A stretch of 62,484 nt of DNA, filler included, from Choristocarpus tenellus KU-1152 (GCA_964200185.2; 11 parts of 11 records of this genome joined end to end with filler, not necessarily neighbours in it); one strand, 5' to 3'. Shown: positions 23,701 to 36,927, numbered from the whole stretch's first letter. The notes: generated by a model not told the origin, from the letters alone. Translations and numbers: made by a program.

Positions 23701-24276
23701 CCTAACATGAGAACGCAAGACATGCAGAAAAGCCTATGTCAAGTGGACTTGGTCAACATATCCTGACCTACCCCGTCCCCAATGCAGACCGTCCCCTCTC
23801 GTGAGCAAGATGGTGAGTGGGACGAAATTTGCTCAAACTCGGGGGGCTTAGTAACACCACAGCTCTGAATACGCTGTCACTGTACTATGTGTGACAGTTT
23901 ATCTACCTTGGGCTGTACCTCTGCAACTCCAACTCTTCCCTTCCACAAAACTGCATCACCCACAATCTCCTACCACATGACGAACTCCAATTTTATTTTA
24001 TTTTCTCAACATTCACTGCCACTTTGACAAAGCTCAGTTTCGCATACAAAACTACAGCTTGAGAGTACCTTTTTGACCACGGTTCTGAAATCCCTCGTAC
24101 TAGTGCGATGAATACTATGATAGAAAAAAATATCAATATCAAAAATCATTTATCTAAAAATAAGGTACACTTCACCTCAACGCCAAAACACTACCTGTGC
24201 ACAGTTCATCACCTTCTCTCTGCTTTGTAGAGATACTAGTAGTTATCACACGACCCAAGACAGTGTACGCTTCAAT
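20759..24276 (-). CDS. Unknown-function gene, 3' exons 24276-24195, 23091-22995, 22940-22907, 21237-21109, 21040-20980, 20862-20759
   Basis: Six AG/GT-bounded exons join in phase without stops: IEAYTVLGRVITTSISTKQREGDELCTGDVCWQSDIVYPSVRTNIRSAMRSILTCQKIDSLSKRGSSRSMWFSIPKQDIPCIRDLLALAEVYHLASSLSDFFYRMFDGVENYWHGNRLCFFAVLRGQHSGLAKIALAFFDSFDPVYVNGDLCLFLMLKEELLLGNDEY*. Confidence 0.62.
21570..22100 (+). mobile_element. Second long-hairpin element plus decayed IS630/Tc1-like DDE fragment
   Basis: Arms 21581-21845; same tail CCGCCAAAACGGTACGTGGG...CAGGACAC; then CACTGTGAATTGAACCCGATAGAGATGGT (HCELNPIEMV) through CCTGTCAGTCTTAAGGA, as at 5596-5710. Confidence 0.78.
22102..22899. mobile_element. ~800-bp MITE with ~180-bp TIRs starting GAACAGTGGA
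   Basis: Left arm GAACAGTGGA...TTGAGGATGGTTTTGACCGAAAATGGTGCGGAAAAAGT is the reverse complement of the right arm; no clear TSD. Confidence 0.85.
22527..22633. mobile_element. Deleted MITE subfamily B nested in the long-TIR MITE, TSD TTTA
   Basis: TTTA|GAGCCAAAGTATC...TACCCTCTAAGATAGTTTCACTC|TTTA. Confidence 0.75.
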
Positions 24277-25149
24277 CTATCAACAGAGACTCCCCACTCC
24301 CCTTCAACATATAGTCCAACAATGCTTTGTCATAGACTGCAGCAGCAGGAAGGTCCTTACGCTCCTAGCACTAGGTGCTGTTAGAGCTGTAAACGACTTG
24401 AAGGCACCTAGAAGATCCAGAAACCTTCATCAACAATCCCATGTTCTCAAAGGTGGAGTTCCTTGAACATGATCCTGAGCTAGGGGATTTGCTTCCCCTC
24501 AGAGGAAAGCTGCCAGTATTTGCGGGCAGCACATCCCCTGAAGAGTGGGGGCTGGGGAGGGCAGGCAGGTGCCAAACTGCAGTCAGTCAAGGGGAGACTT
24601 GGATGAATGCAAAGTGGATCAAGTTGGGGATCTGGACCTACACAACGGAGCTGTGTACAAGCAGCACCAGATTACTATGAGAGGCACGGTTGATGAGCTA
24701 TGGATGGAGTTCAAGACCTGTCAAATTCAAAAACTGATATACCACGTTTCCACCAGGTCTTCACCGGGGAATAATAGTATCTCATTACGTATGGAGTAGG
24801 TGAACCTAGGACTTAACCACAATGTACAATGGTCTCATCATGATGGTAGTAAAAATATGCACGTTATGTCGAAATACTAAAAAAGAAAGTTCAATAAAAC
24901 AAGCATTTTATGAAGATACCTCACTCTGTTACCCCCTCCTCACCTCCATTACCCAACTGCCGACAACAACAATTATACTACAGGGAAATGTGGATTAATA
25001 GTATCTTCCACGCCATATCAAAGCCAAATAGCAGACAAGGAACTATATCGACATTATTTGTACCTTTGATCAGGACCAGAGAGTAATTTACAGGTATTCA
25101 TCAAGAAGTACAGGTGGAACCCTAAGAATATTCTCACCTGTTTACAACC

Positions 25150-26400
25150 TCAGGCAGTGACAATCATCACCGCCGTTGTACAACACACTCCAATGTAGGG
25201 GCAACGACGCAGGGTGCATACCACCAAGGCATTTGCTTTGATGTTGAAGGAACCCAACCATGATGCTGACTTCCGTGATTGTGCTTGCACTGCCTTTGCA
25301 AGGATGTTAGGCATCCAGTCAAGGTCTGAGGAGGGCAGAAATTGGAGGTAGAGGACTGGAATCTTCTGGACTGATGGATGCGGCAGGAGTATAGGGGTGA
25401 GTGTACAATTCACTCCATCATATCTGCGAAAGATTGAAGGTGTGATCCAGAGTACTATGAGGAATGCAGAGAAGGTTTGCTGACAGCCTCAGGATGCAGC
25501 AGTTGCGTCAGAGTTTCTGAGAGAGCCAAACCAAGTGAGAGGTAGGCAGTGTTGCGTATTAAGGATCCCGTGAAAGGCAAACATTATACTATGTTGTACA
25601 ATTGCAGGAAGGACCTTTACTTAATTGTGATGACTTTTAGTGTGTGGAGAAGGGTGTATTGAACAGGGTAAAAAGGATGCTTATTACGCAAAAAGGGTCC
25701 AAACCTGCCTACCTCTCAGTTGGTTTGACTGAGGGAGAAATTTGAGAGCAAAGACTAGACCGGTAAGGCCCTGCAGGCATTAAAATTTAACCACTTGCAT
25801 ACATCGTTTTTATGTCATTCTGATCCCCTCCACAGAATTGGGCAAGCTCTACACCTACACACCTGTGCTGGACTTGACAGGATTTCAGGGCGCAAGCAAG
25901 TTGTGCTAGCTCACCTGCCTGAGCCCTATTAATTCAGAATGGGGAGCCTCCATTTCTGGGGAAGAGCGAGGGTATCTGCTGGAGGAATGCTTGAGAGGTG
26001 GGAACGAGGTCAAGACTTGGGCTCATAAATAGCAATATTGAGCAAATAGGACATCTGAGGGATGATCATCAATGGGTAGAGTACAACTTAAACCACCATT
26101 CCATGAAGTCTTGGTAGGAGCAGGGGAATACAGAGCAGGAATACAGCAATCGGCGAAACAAGAAGACCAACATAGGTGTTAGGGAGATTTTGAGAAAGGT
26201 TCCGCGTCAACAAACTATGCTTCACACGTAAGGAAGAGTGGGGAAAAGACACAGAGATTAACAAAATGATGGCAACCCTACCGCTCTTGCACACCCGTTC
26301 CTGATCATGAACATGGAGATGTGAAGCAGGATGATGGCGTGATGAACACAACCATCCAGCTATGGGCCTCAAACAGGCACAGCTTGCTTAGAGGATGCCA
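25150..26400 (-). mobile_element. Highly decayed LINE-like remnant (endonuclease-like and post-RT fragments)
   Basis: Weak motifs HDQERVCKSGRVAII (APE GGVAI-like) and YLQFLPSSDLDWMPNILAKA (YLG..l.s.L.W..hi-like). Confidence 0.35.
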
Positions 26401-27459
26401 TGTCGTATTGAGGCCTAGAGTGGTTTGAATAGTGAGTAGCAAAAAGGGCAGAAGGTTCAAAGATCACCACGTATTCTTGGTACTCTACACGTACTTGGCT
26501 TATACAACTGGTGGTAAATACTAACCCTCCTCTTTTTGACAACTTCCAAACCTAGGAGCTTGACATGCTGCATGCCAAAGATATATTATTAATAGTAATA
26601 CGATGAGGGTGACTTTCTCAGCAACAATGAAGGGAGAAAAAAATGAAACACATACGCACTATTAAATAGTTCAACAGTCCAATCATCTCGACTTGAAGTA
26701 TTGAATCATTCTCGTCTTCCAGTTCTCAGTAATAGGTGTATCATTGGCATAGTCTCAAATACTGTTTTGATCCCTTATCATCAAATTACTTCGTAAAAAC
26801 CTCTCAGTTAAAGTTAATGATAGATCGCTCACTCGTACCGTCAATCACAGTAGCAAAAAATAACTCGAAGGGTGCACTCCATCCCACCAAAAAAGACCTC
26901 CCTGCGCACGTTATAAAAACTCAGCGTACCTGCCCAAAATAACAAGGAGAACCTAGGTACAATGCATTAATACCCAAGAAAAAAATCGAGTTGTCAAACC
27001 TGGAAACACCATCCATCACATGTCACAAAAAGGAAATAAAGAAAAGGGGAAAAAAGGGACGCAAAAATAATCAACTCCAAAAAGATAACCATCAATGGTG
27101 AAGCAGCTTTCACCAGAGTGTCCTTGCGATGGTTGCTTGGGCTGCTTTACCTGCTGCTGCTATATGGTATGACAAATGTCAGCAATTACAGTTTCCTTGG
27201 AATGGCACTTTAACATGAAGCTCATTATGACACCAACCACACACTCATACCACCTACGTTGGTTGGTTGCTCTTGTACTCCATTCCTCAACAAGCTGTGG
27301 TCCCAAACTCCTCCAAGTAGTCTTGGAAGTACATCCACCACTGCTTCTTCTCTTGTCCANNNNNNNNNNNNNNNNNNNNNNNNNNNNNNNNNNNNNNNNN
27401 NNNTTAATTAATTAANNNNNNNNNNNNNNNNNNNNNNNNNNNNNNNNNNNNNNNNNNNN

Positions 27460-29674
27460 CTGTGGCCGTTCCCAGCACAACCTCGATAACAACCTCAGTG
27501 TGATAAGCCTGACAGATACAGGGCTACTCCCCCGTACCTTTCGTGCCTCAGATACCATTTGAGCCACCTGTTGAGGGGAGGCGTCACGACCCAAGGCGCG
27601 TAGCTCTCCATATGCCATGCGCTCTGTACTCCTCTCATCAAGCCGTTGCATAGATCTCAGGAGGTCCATTTGCCAAAGGCGACTGCGTGCCACTTCCCCA
27701 CCCAATCCACCAATAACTTGATTCTCGCCTGACAAATACATTTTGTTGTTTGACCTGGGCTCCTGCTGCTTCTTTCCAGCCTGAGTTGCTAGTTTGCTCA
27801 GTTTGCTACTGGGCCTTGTCGGCCCCAGATTAGGTACCTCCACTGCCCATTGGGAAGGCTGCAAATCTACCTCTTCCCTAGACCTCCTTTGCTTTGGTTC
27901 ATCATGACTTGCCATCAATGCACTAGTACGTGGCTTCCCAATGGTCAACGATTCAAAAGGCAAACACCTTTGTTCCTTGCTTGTTTCTGCATCACCTCTA
28001 CTTTTGGGAGTGTTCTGTGGTGGCGTGCTGCTGATACTTATATCTAAGCTCGTATCAAGGGCAGCCAATGTTGTTGAACCTTCACCTTGAGGTGTGGTGA
28101 GACCCCTTCCATCAGGGATTTGCTTTGATGAGTTTTGTGTATCCAAACTGTCCACAACTGGAGTCTTTGCAGGTTGCCTTATAAAAGATGCAAATGCGAA
28201 TGGCTTGTTGGTGGAGCGGTCAGGGGAGGTCAGGGTAGTGACAGTGGGGGCAGATTTCGGTCTTTGACTAGTTGTACCCCCTCTAGCAGTGAGGACACGA
28301 CTTGACATGAGGTTGCGCCGTATGGGAGAAGTTGAGGCTGCACGTCCACCCTGTCCATTTATACAAGTCCCTGCTCCTTGGATCTTCTTTCTGAATATCC
28401 CCTTGAAAATATTCCCCACACCTTTGTCCGTCTCATCACCCTCAACCCCAACTAGCCCTGCATCTTCACCAATAAAGATTCCAACTGCAACTTTGAGAGC
28501 TCCACTGACCTTGCGCATACCCCGGCACCGTTGGATGGGATACCAGCGGGCTGGTAGCTGTACAAGCTGAGTGTGAACCATTGGCTTCCCTTCAGTGAGT
28601 ACAGCCTCCAGAGGCACTGAAATGTGACCAAGATCATCATAGTGGGTATCCCCATCTTCGTCATCGTGGTCACGAATGGTTATGTTAACGCGACCAATCA
28701 TGATGTCTTCAACTGATTGAACACGCAATGGGAACACAAAATCTGTATCCCATACTGGGTCAACGGTGTGCTTGCACACATCTGTTGCCTTGGTGTGCAT
28801 GAACAAAGCATTCGACAAAAAGGTAGGAAGGTATAAGCTTGTCTTTCCAGGAGGATTGTTAATAATTGTTATCAAATGAAAAGTAGAGCCATGGGTTGTA
28901 GATCCAAGGGTCATTTGTGTTCCTTACGATATTTTGCATCTACTCTCTAAGGTGATAGGGACTAGACTCCAAAGGATACACTGTTGTCTCATCTGCTTTA
29001 TTGACGAGCAAACTGAATGGTAAGTGAACGCATGACAGCCAGTACAACAGGTAGAGCTCTAGTGCTGCAAAGAAAGGTTCAATGCTGGTGGAGCTAGTCC
29101 ATCCCTATCACCTCTGTTGTTGCAGGCAAAGGGCTTACTTTGGGGTAAGATGGCATCGTACAAACGTGCATCTCACAAATCAACTTTCCTACCTGAACGC
29201 GTTCGTCCTTGTCCAAATCGATGTCACCCTCATTATGTGCTCCCACCCAAACAAAACAAACAGGGTCACTAGTGCCTGTGATAAGGTCGGCAACGAGCAA
29301 GTCTCTTCCCTCCAGCAGCTTGATTACCACCCTCGTGCGCTTACGCATAGGGTCTGGTCTTGCCCACCATACAAAGTAGTAGATTGGGACAGATGGTCAA
29401 AAGTCAGACTGTTTCCAAATTCGATGCCAGGATTCAGAATAAATAAAGGCATGAATCTCAAATAACGCCTTGAAGTGAGCTGGAAGTTGAGTAAGGGGGA
29501 GTCCATTGCTTCAGGCATACCGTCATTGTCTGCAAGCGAGGAGCTGAAGTGATCTTTCGAGAAATAGGTCGACTTCAGCGCCCTCTTTCTGCTTGAGGTG
29601 CCATCCAAGTTCACATAGTCGGTGCGAGCAGTTGCTATCCCTGTTCGGGAGGTATGCGAGGCAGATACAGTCAT
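27460..29674 (-). CDS. C2-domain protein with a SPIRAL2/TORTIFOLIA1-like HEAT region; 5' exons 29674-~29468, ~29358-29193, 28788-27460; 3' end lost in gap
   Basis: C2 motifs VVIKLLEGRDLLVADLITGTSDPVCFVWVG...VQ|ATDVCKHTVDPVWDTDFVF...ITIRDHDDEDGDTHYDDLGHISVPL...WYPI...GALKVAV. Then a long S/T/P linker and LLRSMQRLDERSTERMAYGELRAL...PVSVRLITLRLLSRLC, resembling the SPR2 N-terminal HEAT repeat. Confidence 0.85.
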
Positions 29675-30586
29675 GGCTGTGCCCGGGTGGCGGCCAGGCC
29701 ACCGGGCAAGTGGGGAAGATTAAACAGAATGTTGAACAAGATAAATAGAGTGGGGAAAAGTCGTTTTAGACTCCGTTACAACTAATAATAATATGTATTA
29801 AGTAGGGAGAGTACATATATGTTGCAATATAATACTATCACCCACACCTTCAATATGTGTTCTCATTTTAATTATGGAACAAAATGTCATTGCATTACAG
29901 TATAATATATATAATGGAACAAAATTAGGGTTACCATAGCTTGGTGGTACTACAACTACGACTACTACTATACATACAAAACTCATTGATGGTATGCAAT
30001 CGAAAACTTAGCGAAATGGAAGAAATGTGGGGTACGTGGACCCACTGACGCTTGACGAGTAGACGCTCACCTAAATTTGTGGGAGGTATGTGGGAGGGAT
30101 ATGCACCTCAACCCGTTTCGTTTGGCGACGACCAGACAGCTTTCTTTCTAACACCAGGCATCTTAATCAGCCCCAAAATGGATGTGGTCATGGGTGAGAC
30201 CCCACCCAACATTGCTTGGGAAATGTATCTTAGAGTGAGGCAGCTCGACCATGTTTGCATCGAAACATTTATGTTACTTAATTGACGACTTCTCTATGAT
30301 ACTGTTAGCACCTCATTTCTTCTCCTCCACCTTACCTAGCAAAGCAGATCGCATCGAAAACCGTGGGTGATTCTATCTCGTAAGTATATTAATCTTAACC
30401 TAACAGGATTCTCTCTCGCCCTATTACTAATAATATCAAAACTTGCCATTCCCTGTAAGAAACCCACTTCTTCTCTAGTAGTGTGCAAAGTACAATAGTC
30501 ATCACAACACAAGTGACTCTATCAAAACGTGTCATGCATTTTAAGCTGGATGCACCAGGGAGAAGGGTAAGGAGGGGCCTGTCAAA

Positions 30587-30820
30587 TTCTTGGGATACTT
30601 CCCTAGCTCCTCGCCCTGGGGTGCAGGGCTAATTGGAGGCATAAGAGGATAGTTGTGTAGCATAGCTAGTAGTAAGATGATAGTAAATAGATGATAAAAA
30701 ATATCTTTAACGTTATGACAAATGTTACTTTTCAGAGGTTGTTCTGACATTGAATAGACTTTGCATCGGTTTTTCCCCTGTCACATCAAACAAAATGTCA
30801 GAGGGCATACTATTATATAT
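30587..30820 (+). mobile_element. 5'-truncated 3' UTR of the CRE-like element
   Basis: TTCTTGGGAT.CTTCCCTAGCTC...AATGTCAGAGGGCATA, homologous to 59896-60120 and 43815-44045. Confidence 0.7.
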
Positions 30821-31038
30821 TCCTTACAAGAGAATCGTGTGGCAAATCATTATTGTGTAATGCGAATGCACGCACCCCTCCTTTCCCCTTCACTGCCGAC
30901 CTGCCATATCCGTGGCGACTTGTGTCACTACTTCAACTCCACCCTGACACCAAACCAAGTTTAGTTTGTTTGGTACTTCAATATACCAGCCTGCTTCCAG
31001 GTACTCCAACGTACTTCCGGTGTACTCCACCATTGCAC

Positions 31039-31073
<35 letters not shown>

Positions 31074-32388
31074 AATATATATGTGTGTTTAAATAGCACG
31101 TTGGAAAGCTTGCCAAAGAAGATATAAAAGTAGTCAAATACAGAAAGAATGTGGTAAAAATACAATTTTGGTATAATGCAGAGAACAAGGGTGATCAAAC
31201 CACTCCACATATGATTGCATGTGATCACGAGTATGCTTGTGGGTTTTAAGTCCCACACCCCCATTCTTCCACCCCCTGTGATCCAACCCGTCGCAGAAAA
31301 TAAAAACTTAAAAACCACGCTCACAACCAAAAAACGTTTTGATTTATGTCAATGTAATGCTCCATCCTTCAGCAGATACCTATCGCCAAGTAATTCTACT
31401 GGAATATTAGTGGACACTGAAAACGTTACAAATTCCTCTACTTGACGAAGAAGTTAATAATATGAAAAGTGGTTTATTAATGAGCATATATCTGAGGTGA
31501 ATCATGCCTCGGAATATCAAGGCACCCCCTCAGGTTTCGCATTATTTGTGGGTTGAGACACTTGCTGCACACACCATGTGAAAGCATGTATATCCCCACC
31601 CATTGCTGTGTGTACGGAGTGAGCTCAGCAACATACAACATATGCAGCATATTTTGTAGGGTTCGTGTGTGTGCCCTACCTCTTGGAAGACATACCTTAG
31701 TAGTGTTATTGTCGACACCCTTTCTTTCTTCAACATTGCACCAGAAAAATATAAGACAGTGTGAGACCCAACCATGTAGATCGTACATTTACATGTGCCT
31801 TGCATCCACCCACCCACCCATATACACACAAACAAGAATATATGAAATAGGAGGGAAAAAATGCTTGCTACCCTGCGCATATATACTAGTACACAAAATA
31901 TAAGGAGGGAGAGAGAAACAATACAACTCCTTAAAAAAAATGTCAATGACTGGTGCATAAAACACACCCAGCAGGATTTATTGAACCATATGTCTCTCTA
32001 GAGGAATTGATATGACCATCTGTTGGTGAAGAGACATTTTGGGTAACTTCTTGTGCATCCTTGCCTATACATGCCCCAAGGCAACTACATGCATACCTGA
32101 CAATATGTCAGGTATCCACCTTCAGAACATACACCAAACAAACTTGGCTAAATAAATTATGAACATATACACACACCATAACCTACCAAAAAAAGATTAT
32201 GCCTCTCTCTGAGAATCATCAAGCACGTCTACTGGAAATCTCTTGCCTCTACCACCCACCCCCTACACAGTTCAAGTTTGAACTGAAGAGGCCGATCATT
32301 AGTTGCCTCCAAAAAAAATATGCCACTTTGAAATCCACCCCGTCTTCTTGCCCCTCGCCCTCCCTCATTTCCCCCCTCATCATCACAA

Positions 32389-33560
32389 TCAGAAGAAGCT
32401 GAACTCTGAATCCCCCACCAGCTTGTTGTCAGTCCAAAGGTCATACTCCTTGTCTTTGCAGGAGTGCCGGGGGGACCGCGACCTGGACCTTGACCCAGAC
32501 CTAGCACGGTTAGAGTGAGACCGTTGTTTGCTGTCGCAACTCAGACGGACATCCCTGCTGGTGCTTGTGCGATCCTTGGGACGTGAACTGGTTTTTCTGT
32601 CTTTTTTCTTGCTGGTACTGCGCTTCTTGACTGAGGGCTCACTGTGTCTCTTGGACTGCTACAACAAGTTGGGTTAGGGTTGCAGCAGTCATGGGGGTGG
32701 GTATTGATACAAAACCCCAGCGATGAGGGAATGTGAGGAAAGGTGTTCAAGAAGATACAAGATTTGAGTGTAGGCTACATACATGTTAGGTCTGTGCACA
32801 GTGCCATTGCAAAGCGTAACTCTGTCCACGAGGACCAAGGAGAGCGGGGTGGTGTTGGATGTACCTTGGAGTGTACTTTGACTGCATTTCAATGATAGGG
32901 GGCTAAGTTGTAACAATGCAATCCTCGGGGTAGGAACTTTGCAAAAGCCTCGCCACATTCATGTAGCACCCATTCGAAAATTGGAGGTACTGACTGGCAT
33001 TCCCACATTTTGAATTAAAGAACAAGATACTAGATGTATACTTGGCAACCCTTCATATTTCCGTACAACCCAACTAGAGACAAGAAAAATCATGGCAACA
33101 ATGAGCATTGATGGTTGACCTTACCATTGTTTGGAGACAGTCCTAAAGCACATGTAGAAGGACCAGTCGCAACCAAGCCAAGAATAGTATTCTAGGCAAG
33201 CAGGAAGCCTATGACATAAATTGCCACATACTGTACCCAAGAGTAGTGAGTATGGTACACCATCACCTGCACTGTTTGATACCTTCACCCTACCCAATGC
33301 CACCACGACTTGAACTTCTTGGGCAGTTTACATAGTCAGTAGTAGTTAGCTATGAAAAACATACAATCTGCCGTCCAGCTCACCCCTGAAGCCTCAGCTG
33401 TGCTCTCGGACGCGATCTGCTCCTGCTTCTCCTTCTGCCTCTTCTGTGCAACATGTTCCTTGGATGAAGAGCGCTGCCCTCTGGGCTTCCTATTCTGCTT
33501 TGGCGGGGCTGGCCGCTGAGAGGGTCGATTTTTTGGCCCGTCCTCTATGCAGCCCACATC
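32389..33560 (-). CDS. Lys/Arg/Ser-rich (RS-domain-like) protein, last two exons (33560-33384, 32658-32389)
   Basis: Phase-0 splice ...STAEASG|QSKRHSEPSVKKRSTSKKKDRK...RARSGSRSRSRSPRHSCKDKEYDLW...FSFF*. Confidence 0.65.
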
Positions 33561-35195
33561 CTAGAGTCAGACAAGGGATTTAAACACTTAACAGCGCAAG
33601 GTAAATCAGATGCTCCATGTCTACCAAAATCAACCTACTGCTTGGTGGGATCTTTAATATAAAGATAATGATTGGGCATGAGTGCTAGACAGTAATGTGT
33701 GTCCTTACCTGTACACAAATAGAACAAGGTTTGCAGGCAATAGGCTCAAAGTATCTGGGGAAGGGGGNNNNNNNNNNNNNNNNNNNNNNNNNNNNNNNNN
33801 NNNNNNNNNNNTTAATTAATTAANNNNNNNNNNNNNNNNNNNNNNNNNNNNNNNNNNNNNNNNNNNNGGGGGGGGGGGGGGGGGGGGGGGGAGGGTTTTT
33901 GTTGGCATTGTGTGTGTGTTGTGTGTGTGTAAAGGGAGTCTTGACTTGTCTGTGTGGAGGAGTGGATTAGTGTTTGCAACGTATTGGTTCCAAGATGTAA
34001 TGCGATTTCGCCTTTGCTTGATGTTTTTTTGGATGACAGGCTGTGCTTGTTGAGAATGGCCTGAGTATTGAGATAGTTTTTCACTGGGTGGTTGAGTTGT
34101 CTCGGTGAAGGCGGAGATTTGTTGAGGTCATGAATGTGTATTGGTTTAAAAAGAGAGATATCTGCACCTTCTGTCACAGTATTATCAATGCTCTGGTAGT
34201 TCTAAAGATGAATGTGTTTTTCTTATGGAAAGTGAGATTATTGTTGAAATGGGTGTCTTGCTGAAGGTTGTAATATATGGTGCATGCATGCATTGGTTTT
34301 CCTTCCACATACAACAAATTGGAATTGGCCACACCCTTGGCATAGTTTCTGTTGAACCAGGCTCTGACTATAAGTGGTTTGCTGCTTGTCTAAAGAGGCT
34401 GGGAATGGTGATCGAAGAGAGTTTTTGAGTTCTAGAGCAAGATGATGACAATGTTAAGGTTAGGGTGTTGGTGTTGCACAGCATGGGGGAGGGTGGAGAT
34501 TTTTGTGGCTATATTGGGGGTGGTGTCATAGTATTATCTCAATGTCTGCGGTAGTGTTTCCTAGTATGGTTGGGCTGGGTTGGGGGTGTCAGCTGTCTCT
34601 TTGCCGCATGTGGATGGCTATTTTATTGCATCAAGTTGAAGCCAAGGCATTGATTGATCTTCAGCTATCATGTTTAGAGGCATTGTGAACCGCGATAGGT
34701 TCAATCGACTTCAGTTCGACAGACTAGGACAGCTGCAGAAACTGAAATGAAAAAGTTAGGTATTCGGTTGTTCAATAAAAAAAAAAGCAAGAGGATCACA
34801 ACTCAAACAGGAGTGTGACTCTTCTACTGAACAAGTCTGAGGTCACAGAAGAACCACACAGTGTTGTATTTGTCAGGAGGCGTCACTACCCACAACTCAC
34901 TGCACATCTCACTACTGTTCAAGGTTTCGGGTCTGCCCGCGAAGACATAGAGATTTTTTTTTTTCCTTCTTTTTTTTCTGTCTCACGGTGCAACGACCCA
35001 CTCGGCGACCTGCGCGCTATTCGTGCGTGTAGACTGGCACGGCGGCAACAGTTTGATTCGAATCAAACTTTTTTTTTTTCAAGACCATTTTTTGTTGTTG
35101 TTGTTGTTGAAATTTCTTTCGGTTCGCAACGCTAGTTTCTAGTCAATATAACGGTGTAACGTTTTGGATTATGGTATCTCATCGGGAGATGGCGT

Positions 35196-36503
35196 ATGCT
35201 GTGGTCCGTAATGAATGACTTGATGCTTCGAAAGGGGTAAATGGTCTCGCCGCAACGCCTTGAAAATATCTTCATTTTATTGGCTCTTTCACAACATTGG
35301 GATTTTTTTTTATTGTTTCTGCAGCAAAAAGATCTGGTTTGAAATAGAAAACATGCTAGCTGAGTCTAATCTGAGAGTGAGATCCCTTCCCTGTGTGGCA
35401 CTAATGTGCTGTCCCCATCCCTGTCCTTTCCTCTCTACAATCTACCCTACTGTTGGTTAATTTTTTTAACCTTCCAGATCTCAGCTACCTATCCCTCTGC
35501 GGACCAACTAGAGAGGGAAGCAAAGCAGATCAAGGATTACCTCCTGCGGGCTGGAGCAGCTGGCTTGGAAACCAACAGGGGTATACCTGTACCTGGGGCT
35601 TTTTCCTCTACCCCTGAACTCAAGAAGAGGGCGCAAGCTGCAGCCAAGAAGCTTAGCCCAGAGGAGGAGAGGCATCTTCGTGTGGAAGAAGTCAAGTTGG
35701 CCGCAAGCTCCAGAGAGGCGCAAAGTGTGTCCAGTAACACTAATTCTGATTTTGTTGCACAAGCCTCAAGAGCCACTGCCCCTGTGCTAACCTCTGGTTC
35801 CACCCAAGGTTCTGAATTGAGGGGAAAGGGCGACAACTCCTTGACTGTGCCTGAAAAAGCCGTTGGTCTTGATGACCTCCCTAGTGTGTCGAGAGAGCCG
35901 GTCATGGGGGACAAAGTCACAGCAATGGGTTTGGTGGGCAAAGTGAAGGTGGCACCCGGTGTCTTGGCGTTTTTGAACAGGGAGCTTGGGTCAAGGTCCA
36001 GCTTGAGTGTCAAGGCGCAGGTGGGGGATAGACTACGAGACTCTCCCACCCTACCAGGATTGTCAGGGGGGGTATTGTCCTCGAAGTCAGGAGAACGGAG
36101 AGATAAGGAGATAGGAGGAAATGCTGGCAGGGGGTTTGGCAATGAGAAAGGAGGGGTCTCCTGTGGTGATGGTGATGATTTTGGGAGTAGCAAGACAAGT
36201 ACGCTCATCGGAGAGTCTGAGAGTGGTCCACAGGGCATGCATACGGGACCAAGAGAGATAGACAAGGAACCTCTTTCCGTCCTTCACCCTTCATTACCAC
36301 CACGGTCCCAACCCCTGAGTGTTGCGCCGTTGCTAACCATGTCCAAGACTCTTGCAGCTATGGTTTCTGATGAGGCAGGAGGAGCAGGTGACTGTGGTAG
36401 TGGTGCAGTCATTGGGTTAGGCAAGGGGAGGATAGGTGCTGCTCCTCCTCTCAACTTCCTTGCCGAGCTCAGGGCCAGAGTCAAACCAGAGGATAAGTGT
36501 TGA
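35196..36503 (+). CDS. Unknown protein, three exons (35196-35236, 35325-35376, 35478-36503), low complexity with C-terminal WH2-like motif
   Basis: In-phase GT-AG splicing MLWSVMNDLMLRKG|KKIWFEIENMLAESNLR|ISATYPS... into a ~1-kb open exon ending APPLNFLAELRARVKPEDKC*; in-frame stop upstream of the ATG. Confidence 0.75.
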
Positions 36504-36710
36504 GCTTGGTAGGGAGTTTGTGGTGCTGTCCTGTGGTGAGAAAGTGTTAGGCCCTGGACTGAACGATTCCTCTTCCTGCTCTGCGGATTGCCCACCACCG
36601 GCGGGATTAAGCACCACTGGCGATGACTTCTTTTTCTTGGTGAAATTTCGGACCCATGCCCTCACTCGTAGATCAATTGTACAACGTAAGATGATATCAT
36701 AACTTGAGAC

Positions 36711-36927
36711 ATGTAGCATATGGGGGATGAGTTGAGATGAAGGAGGGGAAAGAGAAATGTAGAATGTGGGGGATGAGTTGAGATGAAGGAGGGGAAAGAG
36801 AAATGTAGCATGTGGGGGATGAGTTGAGATGAAGGAGGGGAAAGAGAAATGTAGCAGATGGGGGATGAGTTGAGATGGAGGGGAAAGAGAAATGTAGCAA
36901 ATGGGGGATGAGTTGAAATGAAGGAGG
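36711..36927. repeat. 46-bp minisatellite, ~4.7 copies
   Basis: Unit ATGTAGCATGTGGGGGATGAGTTGAGATGAAGGAGGGGAAAGAGAA. Confidence 0.92.

Noticed and set aside
29355-29470. GC-AG first intron in the C2 gene
   Set aside because: A GT-AG alternative a few nucleotides away also keeps the frame; undecidable without transcripts.
20759-29674. Joining the six-exon gene to the C2-HEAT gene as one transcript
   Set aside because: They are separated by an artificial spacer, and the six-exon peptide shows no recognisable SPR2-like continuation.
35537-36265. 242-aa minus-strand ORF
   Set aside because: Antisense shadow of the plus-strand exon, which has splice support.
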